Assembly: GCA_963548935.1 (NCBI GenBank) | Contig: CAUUVS010000002.1 | Coordinates: forward strand, 51,921-115,920 | DNA length: 64,000 bases | Direction: 5' to 3' | Source of the DNA: an uncultured Bacteroidales bacterium | Lineage (GTDB): Bacteria; Bacteroidota; Bacteroidia; Bacteroidales; UBA932 | The notes under the pieces: generated by a model | Database searches by the model: none | Told to the model about the DNA's origin: nothing | What the model saw: the letters and a program-made list of their open reading frames with translations, nothing else | Position numbers and translations under genes: made by a program | Shown here: positions 57,806-64,000 of the stretch, one piece after another | Numbering within the stretch: the stretch's first letter is position 1 | Layout of the letters: each line of letters begins with the position of its first letter

Positions 57806-59725
57806 TTGGAAGCGATAGATATTCTTAGAAGTTATTGGGGCTATGATAAATTCAGGCCGATGCAGGAGGAGATAATCAACTCGGTTCTTGGGGGGAAAGA
57901 TGTGCTGGCTATGTTGCCTACAGGAGGAGGAAAGTCTATTTGTTTTCAGGTTCCGGCATTGATGAAGGAAGGACTGACCTTAGTGATCACACCGCTTTTG
58001 GCTCTTATGAAAGATCAGGTTCAGAACCTTGAAGCTATAGGAATTAAGGCTATGGCCGTACATGCAGGAATGAATCGCAGGGAAGTGGATACAGCCTTGA
58101 ATAATGCCGCTTATGGAGACTATAAGTTTTTATATATTTCACCTGAGCGGTTGGGTACGTTTCTATTCAAGTCTTATCTGCCTGTCATGAATATTAGCTA
58201 TATAGTTGTGGATGAAGCACATTGTATCTCTCAATGGGGCTATGATTTTAGGCCTGACTATCTGAAAATCGGTCAGTTGCGGGAAGTTGTCGAAGCTCCT
58301 GTAATAGCTTTGACGGCTACGGCGACTCCGGAGGTTGCTGAAGATATAATGGATAGACTTGGGTTTAACGAGAAACTTGTAATAAAGAGCGGTTTTGAAA
58401 GACCTGCTCTCTCATACATTGTGAGAAAATGCGAAGATAAATACGGGCAGCTTCTAAATATTTGCAATGGCGTTTCCGGTACAGGAATAGTGTATGTCCG
58501 TAATCGCAAAAAAACTGAAGAAATAGCTTCCGTGCTTACTGCAGGAGGTGTTTCTGCTTCTTTTTATCATGCAGGCTTAGGCTATCGGACGAGAATGGAG
58601 AGGCAGGAGGAATGGAAGAACAATAAAATTCGTTTGATGGTCTGTACGAATGCCTTCGGCATGGGAATAGACAAGCCTGATGTGCGTTTTGTCGTTCATC
58701 TTGATTTGCCTGAATCGATAGAATCTTATTTTCAGGAGGCCGGACGTGCTGGCAGAGACGGGAAGAAGGCCTTTGCCGTACTTTTATGGAATGGAAATGA
58801 TGTCAGGAAACTGAAACAGATTCAGCGTTTGGCATTTCCTTCGTTGGAATTTATTGAAGATGTTTATCATAAGGTACACGCCTTTTTCAATATTACTTAT
58901 GATAGTGGTGAAGGCAGGCAGTTGAGGTTCAAAATGGCTGATTTCTGCAAAGAATATCATTTAGATATGGTACAGGTCTATTATGCCTTAAAATATCTTG
59001 ACAGAGAGGGCCACTGGACATATACGGAAGAGATGGATATGCCTACAAGGGTGAAGATAAGAGTAGATAGGTCGGCTTTGTATGAAATCGATTTGCCTGA
59101 TAGCAAAATGGTTACGCTATTGGAACTTATTATGCGTAAATGCGAAGGTGTGTTTGCCTATACCGTGCCGTTGGATGAAGATTATTTTGCCGCAGCCTGC
59201 GGTGTTACGGTGCCTTCTCTAAGAGAACTTCTATATAAGTTATCTCTTGAACATATCATTTCATATATACCTCAAGAGCATTCGGATGTAATATTTATCC
59301 ATCATCCGAGACTTCATCCCGGCAATGTGGCTTTGTCTCCGAGACGGTATGAAATGCTTAAGGAGACATATTCCAAGAGAGTGGAGGCTGTGTTTGATTA
59401 TGCAGGAGAGAATGACATTTGCCGTTCGGTGTATTTGCTGAAATATTTTGGTCAGGAGGAAAGCGCTGATTGCGGCACATGCGATGTTTGTCGTGCTAAG
59501 CAGTTTTCCGGCCATGATCTGTACGATTCGGCAGAGCAGCGGCTAATTCAATTTATCAATATTGAAAAACAGGGCAGATATACTCTACAAGACATACGGA
59601 GTCGATTTCTTGTGCCCGGAAGTTCTTATGTCCCTGAAATTTTATTGGGATTGCTTAGGTCTCTTATTGATGAGGGTAAGGTGCCTGTATATTCGCCATT
59701 AATCAAAAAATCAGGCCGATCGTAG
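57806..59725 (+). CDS. recQ: RecQ-family ATP-dependent DNA helicase
   Basis: PTGGGKS, DEAHCISQWGYDFRPDY, TATAT, QEAGRAGRDG and zinc site CR..YFG..CGTCDVC; TTG start. Confidence 0.93.
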   Translation: MEAIDILRSYWGYDKFRPMQEEIINSVLGGKDVLAMLPTGGGKSICFQVPALMKEGLTLVITPLLALMKDQVQNLEAIGIKAMAVHAGMNRREVDTALNNAAYGDYKFLYISPERLGTFLFKSYLPVMNISYIVVDEAHCISQWGYDFRPDYLKIGQLREVVEAPVIALTATATPEVAEDIMDRLGFNEKLVIKSGFERPALSYIVRKCEDKYGQLLNICNGVSGTGIVYVRNRKKTEEIASVLTAGGVSASFYHAGLGYRTRMERQEEWKNNKIRLMVCTNAFGMGIDKPDVRFVVHLDLPESIESYFQEAGRAGRDGKKAFAVLLWNGNDVRKLKQIQRLAFPSLEFIEDVYHKVHAFFNITYDSGEGRQLRFKMADFCKEYHLDMVQVYYALKYLDREGHWTYTEEMDMPTRVKIRVDRSALYEIDLPDSKMVTLLELIMRKCEGVFAYTVPLDEDYFAAACGVTVPSLRELLYKLSLEHIISYIPQEHSDVIFIHHPRLHPGNVALSPRRYEMLKETYSKRVEAVFDYAGENDICRSVYLLKYFGQEESADCGTCDVCRAKQFSGHDLYDSAEQRLIQFINIEKQGRYTLQDIRSRFLVPGSSYVPEILLGLLRSLIDEGKVPVYSPLIKKSGRS

Positions 59726-59767
59726 ACAATACGGTCAGCCTGATAATATATTTTAAATATTTTTATA

Positions 59768-60994
59768 CTACCAAGGAGTTTCTGTGTCCTCGCTCGATAT
59801 TCCTTCTTTCCATGTGAATGACTTGGCTGTAGAAAGGTCGCGTCCGTGTCCTGTAAGATCCTTGAAAGTTTTATTGACATTATCGTATGTCGATTTGCTT
59901 ACTTTCCAATACCCTTCAAGACCTGCGCTTGTCTGTGCAACGGATTTGATGTTGTTTTTTATCTGATCTTCAGTTCTGCATACGGACCATACGCGTATTT
60001 CAGTTACAAGAACCTTGCTGCTTCCCCACCAATAGTCTCCAGGCTCCCAATAGCCGTTGTTGCCTCCGACACCCATAAAAGACATATAGTCGTATTCTCC
60101 GTCCAATACTACAGAAGACTCAAACTCTTTGCTTCCTGCAAAAGAACCATTGACATAAATTGATATTGCATTGCCGTCATAAGTTATGGCGTAATGCTGC
60201 CATTTGTTGGTGTTGATGGCTAATTGAGGATTAAGGTAACCTCCTGTGCCTTGGAATTGTACCAATGAATGGGCTTTGATTCCGTTCTGGTCATGCTGAG
60301 GATCCTCAAATCTTGCCATAAAAGTTCCTTTAGAATTATTAGTATAGAAAATATCTCTGTTACGTCTGTAAGTATTAGCTATTTGGAACTTCATCTCAAT
60401 AGTGAATTGCTTCAGAGAAAATTTCGTGTCTGTACGCAGTCCGGTGGCACTGGTGAAAAGCGGCAGATCATCTATTACTTCTGATGAAATCACATATACA
60501 TAGCTTGACGTCTTTGAAGTGGTTTCTGCATTACCGGAAACTTTTTCCATACGCAGCGGCAGGGCAAAAGGTGTTCCAAGTAATTCCAAAGGTAATGGAG
60601 ATATGGAGATTATGAACGGGTTGGCAGAAAATTTACCGGCATCGATAGTCACATCTTTGCTGAGTGAAATCAAATCTTTCGGTAGAATAGCGTAGCTTGT
60701 ACCTTCTTTCTCATTATATCTTTTCAACAAATCTTCATCGATTACAAGCCTGTAAGAGACTTTTTCTTGGGATTTGTCAGTAAGAGAAGGCGTAAGCGTA
60801 AGGTTTGTTACGGAACTACCGGATAAGGTGACAGTACTGTTTGCTATTCCAGGAGAGGCCATGCTTTCCACAAGAAAGCCATGTACTCCAAGTTTGTTGC
60901 CCTCCTTTCCTCCAATTCCGTATTCGGCATCATTGCAGCTGATAACAGCCAATGCAATCGATATTATGGAAATATATTTGATCAATTTTTTCAT
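59768..60994 (-). CDS. DUF1735 plus LamG/concanavalin-like lectin lipoprotein
   Basis: Lipobox VISC; YN...GT.Y..LP and ALPL (DUF1735); FTIE, WQHYAITYDG, IYVNG and EIRVWS (LamG). Confidence 0.85.
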   Translation of the reverse strand: MKKLIKYISIISIALAVISCNDAEYGIGGKEGNKLGVHGFLVESMASPGIANSTVTLSGSSVTNLTLTPSLTDKSQEKVSYRLVIDEDLLKRYNEKEGTSYAILPKDLISLSKDVTIDAGKFSANPFIISISPLPLELLGTPFALPLRMEKVSGNAETTSKTSSYVYVISSEVIDDLPLFTSATGLRTDTKFSLKQFTIEMKFQIANTYRRNRDIFYTNNSKGTFMARFEDPQHDQNGIKAHSLVQFQGTGGYLNPQLAINTNKWQHYAITYDGNAISIYVNGSFAGSKEFESSVVLDGEYDYMSFMGVGGNNGYWEPGDYWWGSSKVLVTEIRVWSVCRTEDQIKNNIKSVAQTSAGLEGYWKVSKSTYDNVNKTFKDLTGHGRDLSTAKSFTWKEGISSEDTETPW

Positions 60995-61009
60995 AACAAT
61001 ATTACTTGA

Positions 61010-62101
61010 TTATTTTGTTATTATTTTTTTGCCGGGAGCAGGATTCTGCTGCTGGATTGCTTTTCTCATCCATTTGTAAGGAGGAGTGTTTACACTTTCG
61101 TTACTGAATCGGTATGCTCCGAATCCTCCCTTTCTGATTCCGTTTGCAGGTTTCCAATCAGCAAAGCCTACTAAAGAAGGCATAATCGATTTGTCCCATG
61201 ATTTGTTATCGGAGTCTATCCATAGGTATCCTCCATTCAGGCAATCCATTGCGCTTTCAAGATTTTCTGTAACGATGAATTTTTTTGTAAACTCTTCTTC
61301 TGACATAATCGAAGAGAAATTTGTGTAATGCCCGAGCCTGCTCTGAAGCCCTACAGCTTTGTTTTTGTAAGCCTGTTCTACGAAGTAGTCGAAATATTTG
61401 CCTAGTTTCCCCGGATTTGGAATACTCCAATAATAACCGTCCACTACGAATATTTTTCCAGTACCTGACTGAGGACCGATATATTTGCCCATTTCTTCGA
61501 CAAACCAAGTGAAATATTGGGCATTTCTGCATAATGGTCCGCCATATTCTCCAGGTTCATAGTCGATGTCGATTCCACTGAAACCATAAGCATTTAGGGA
61601 ATCGGCAATGTTCTTGGTATATTTGGCTATAGCCTTATGTATGGACTCCATATCACCGTCTTTCCAGCCATAATATGCTTTTTTTGTTTCAAGTGTGGCA
61701 TTGTGAGGTGCCGGAGTGTACATATCTCCGATTTCTTTTATGAAAGAGCAGATAAGTACTTTTGTCCCTTTTACTTTAGTGACAAATTCCAGATCCTTAC
61801 TCTTTGTCGGTGTCAGGTTGGCATTATTCCACAATGAAATAATATCCATTGAATCAGGAACAGCCTGTAGCATTGCAGAGGTAGATACTCCTCCTTCTCC
61901 CCATTCGCTGAACCAGCCGAACGCTACTGAATGATCGCTCTCTTTGTAAGCGCGCAATGCTTTATAATATTCTTCATCTTTTGTCAATTCAGTCAGAGAT
62001 TGACCGTATGAGATAGGCTGCGGTTCAGTCCATTTTTTGCAACTGAAAAGAGCAGTTATTGTAAATCCTATGATTATGGATTTTATTATGATATTTCTCA
62101 T
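61010..62101 (-). CDS. GH18 endo-beta-N-acetylglucosaminidase-like lipoprotein
   Basis: Lipobox FSC, YY..LRAYK.SDH, PDSMDIISLW, KGTKV, catalytic GIDIDYEP and EQAY. Confidence 0.88.
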   Translation of the reverse strand: MRNIIIKSIIIGFTITALFSCKKWTEPQPISYGQSLTELTKDEEYYKALRAYKESDHSVAFGWFSEWGEGGVSTSAMLQAVPDSMDIISLWNNANLTPTKSKDLEFVTKVKGTKVLICSFIKEIGDMYTPAPHNATLETKKAYYGWKDGDMESIHKAIAKYTKNIADSLNAYGFSGIDIDYEPGEYGGPLCRNAQYFTWFVEEMGKYIGPQSGTGKIFVVDGYYWSIPNPGKLGKYFDYFVEQAYKNKAVGLQSRLGHYTNFSSIMSEEEFTKKFIVTENLESAMDCLNGGYLWIDSDNKSWDKSIMPSLVGFADWKPANGIRKGGFGAYRFSNESVNTPPYKWMRKAIQQQNPAPGKKIITK

Positions 62102-62114
62102 AAAATTATATGTT

Positions 62115-63626
62115 TTAATCTTTCTTAGCCCAGAATAAGTCTACAGACTCATTGTCGGTACCTCCAAGCAGCTTGACTGCCTCTTCGTAATTGTGTTTGT
62201 TCAAAGTTTTCTCATTGAACGAGTAACGGAGTCTTCTTAGACCGCGTGCATTGTCGGTAATTACACCATTGGACAGGTTGTCTATTGCAGGTGCAAGTTC
62301 AGGATAGCCGGTCCTTCTGTATTCGGCCCAGGCCTCAAGCCCCATCGGATATTCTGCGATCCATTTCTGGGTAATTATTCTTTCAAGTTTTTTGTCATTA
62401 TCGGCACTGTCATCCCAAGCAATGGTAATTTCGGTATTTCGTGAATATTCAGGAAATCCTGCAACAGGATCCGAATAGTCATCAGGAATCCTTGTATTAT
62501 TGCTTATGTATTCATCAATACCGTACAATACGTTCCACTGATCCATTGACAATCTTATACCATCTTCGTACAACTGTTTTATGTCACCGGCCATCCAACC
62601 TTTGAGAACAGCTTCTGCCATAAGGAAACTTGTTTCCGCAGCTACAAATACCGGCAATTTTCCTGTTTCTCCGAAATTGCATTGAGAGTATCCGGACACG
62701 GAAGATTTTTCGAATTTTGCCTTGCCTGAGCGCATGCCGACATATTGACCTGCGCTTGAAAGAGTAAAATATGCTTTGCGCCTCGGATCTAAATAGCCAT
62801 TCATATAATCGACGATGGATGAGCTGCTTCTGAGGTCTCCCCATGAAGCGCTTGCAAGGTCATAAGGATTTCTTTGAGAGCCGCAAGACATCATTGCGTT
62901 ATCGGCATTGGAGTGAATGTAGCCATAAGGCGAATTTACAGCATCCACAAAAGCTTCTTTATTACCTGAGCGCATAGCAGCCCTCATAATATATGAATTG
63001 GCAAGTTTTGCCCATTTTGCATAATCCCCTCCGAATATAGGATCTTGTGCAGCTATAGGCTTTTTATCAGGATAATCGGAAGCAAAAGAAGCCAGAACGC
63101 TTGCGGCGTTTTTGAGGTCGTCTATAATATGTTTATATACATCTTCGTTAGAGTCATAGGCGACATACATTTTACCGTCTTTGACCTGGCTGTAAGGTAT
63201 AGGACCGTAGCAGTCTGTTATACGCATCATTGCTGCGGCGCGCAATAGGTTTGCAATAGCGAAATAGTGACCTGAACCACTTGTATATTTTTCTATTTCA
63301 AAATAATTGGCATAAATATCAAGGAAAGGTGTTTCATAAGGTATTGCATTCCAACCATCGGATGCATTGAAAGTATCGAAATTTTGTCCTCCCCATCTGT
63401 TTGATAGAGCGAAATATCCTCCGAGAGAACCGACCATCTGATCTATCATCTGAGAGTCGTTCTGCTGGACATACATAAGAGCTTCTATCATCGTGGGAAT
63501 CACGATTGAAGGTTCGGAACTCTTTATTGCATAAGGATCCGTATTGTATTTCTCGAAATTTCCTGTGCAGCCGACCGTAAAGGTTGCAACGGAAACGAAT
63601 AAGAGAATTTTATTGAGCTTGTTCAT
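62115..63626 (-). CDS. SusD/RagB-family lipoprotein
   Basis: Lipobox VGC, TDCYGPIPYS, WAKLANS, DPRR, IITQKWIA and EAWAEYRRTGYP. Confidence 0.93.
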   Translation of the reverse strand: MNKLNKILLFVSVATFTVGCTGNFEKYNTDPYAIKSSEPSIVIPTMIEALMYVQQNDSQMIDQMVGSLGGYFALSNRWGGQNFDTFNASDGWNAIPYETPFLDIYANYFEIEKYTSGSGHYFAIANLLRAAAMMRITDCYGPIPYSQVKDGKMYVAYDSNEDVYKHIIDDLKNAASVLASFASDYPDKKPIAAQDPIFGGDYAKWAKLANSYIMRAAMRSGNKEAFVDAVNSPYGYIHSNADNAMMSCGSQRNPYDLASASWGDLRSSSSIVDYMNGYLDPRRKAYFTLSSAGQYVGMRSGKAKFEKSSVSGYSQCNFGETGKLPVFVAAETSFLMAEAVLKGWMAGDIKQLYEDGIRLSMDQWNVLYGIDEYISNNTRIPDDYSDPVAGFPEYSRNTEITIAWDDSADNDKKLERIITQKWIAEYPMGLEAWAEYRRTGYPELAPAIDNLSNGVITDNARGLRRLRYSFNEKTLNKHNYEEAVKLLGGTDNESVDLFWAKKD

Positions 63627-63639
63627 AATTATTACTTAT

Positions 63640-64000
63640 TTAGAATTGTAATTTAACATTGAAGCCCATATTCCTTGAGCTTGGCTGCATAAAGTAATCT
63701 ACTCCCTGATAATAGTTGTTGCCTGTTGCTGCAGAAAGTTCAGGGTCGAAAGGCGCTTTGCAATAAATCATTGCAATATTGCGGGCCACAAAGCCGAATG
63801 TCATGTCGAACTTGTTCCACAACCATTTTCTTGGTACTGTATAATTGAGCGATAATTCCTGCAGACGAACATTTGTAGCATCATAGATATAAAACGAACC
63901 GTAGCCTCCTTGTGCCGTAGCAATTGTGGTAAAATATTTCTGGGCATCAAGCTTGCCATAGTTTACAGGTATTCCTCCTTGGTTCCTGACATCTGCTGAA
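63640..64000 (-). CDS. SusC-family TonB-dependent transporter, C-terminal part (truncated by window edge)
   Basis: Open frame from the edge: ...YDATNVRLQELSLNY...ARN..MIYCKAPFDPE...DYFMQPSSRNMGFNVKLQF. Confidence 0.92.
   Translation of the reverse strand, partial: SADVRNQGGIPVNYGKLDAQKYFTTIATAQGGYGSFYIYDATNVRLQELSLNYTVPRKWLWNKFDMTFGFVARNIAMIYCKAPFDPELSAATGNNYYQGVDYFMQPSSRNMGFNVKLQF

Noticed and set aside
1..64000. CRISPR array, DGR/retron reverse transcriptase, IS element, prophage
   Set aside because: I saw no regularly spaced repeats and no RT, transposase or phage structural motifs; intergenic gaps are all short.

Overview
AT-rich chromosomal segment from a Bacteroidales bacterium, judged from SusC/SusD loci, type V fimbrial genes and TAnnTTTG promoter elements. 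Most of it is housekeeping: bcp, pnuC, recR, corA, rpsA, rnz, mltG, a RelA/SpoT homologue, uvrB, ompA-like, htpG, folE, an MsbA-like ABC transporter, pckA, recQ and tRNA-Gly(CCC). Both edges cut through a SusC/SusD locus. The left one carries an EEP-family phosphoesterase plus a probable dead EEP-fold lipoprotein, and the right one is a GH18/LamG N-glycan-type locus. An accessory type V fimbrial region at about 26.6-33.5 kb has a membrane-bound AraC regulator, three fimbrial genes and a separate unit in which an unannotated 45-aa YxxP-motif peptide precedes a fimbrillin gene. An isolated Bro-N/class III Fic gene is also present. I saw no CRISPR array, integrase, transposase, reverse transcriptase or rRNA. 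Best leads: the small peptide-fimbrillin unit, the structured uORF-containing corA leader, the EEP/pseudo-EEP uptake locus, and several apparent pseudo-enzymes. All product calls come from motif recognition by eye, not database searches.
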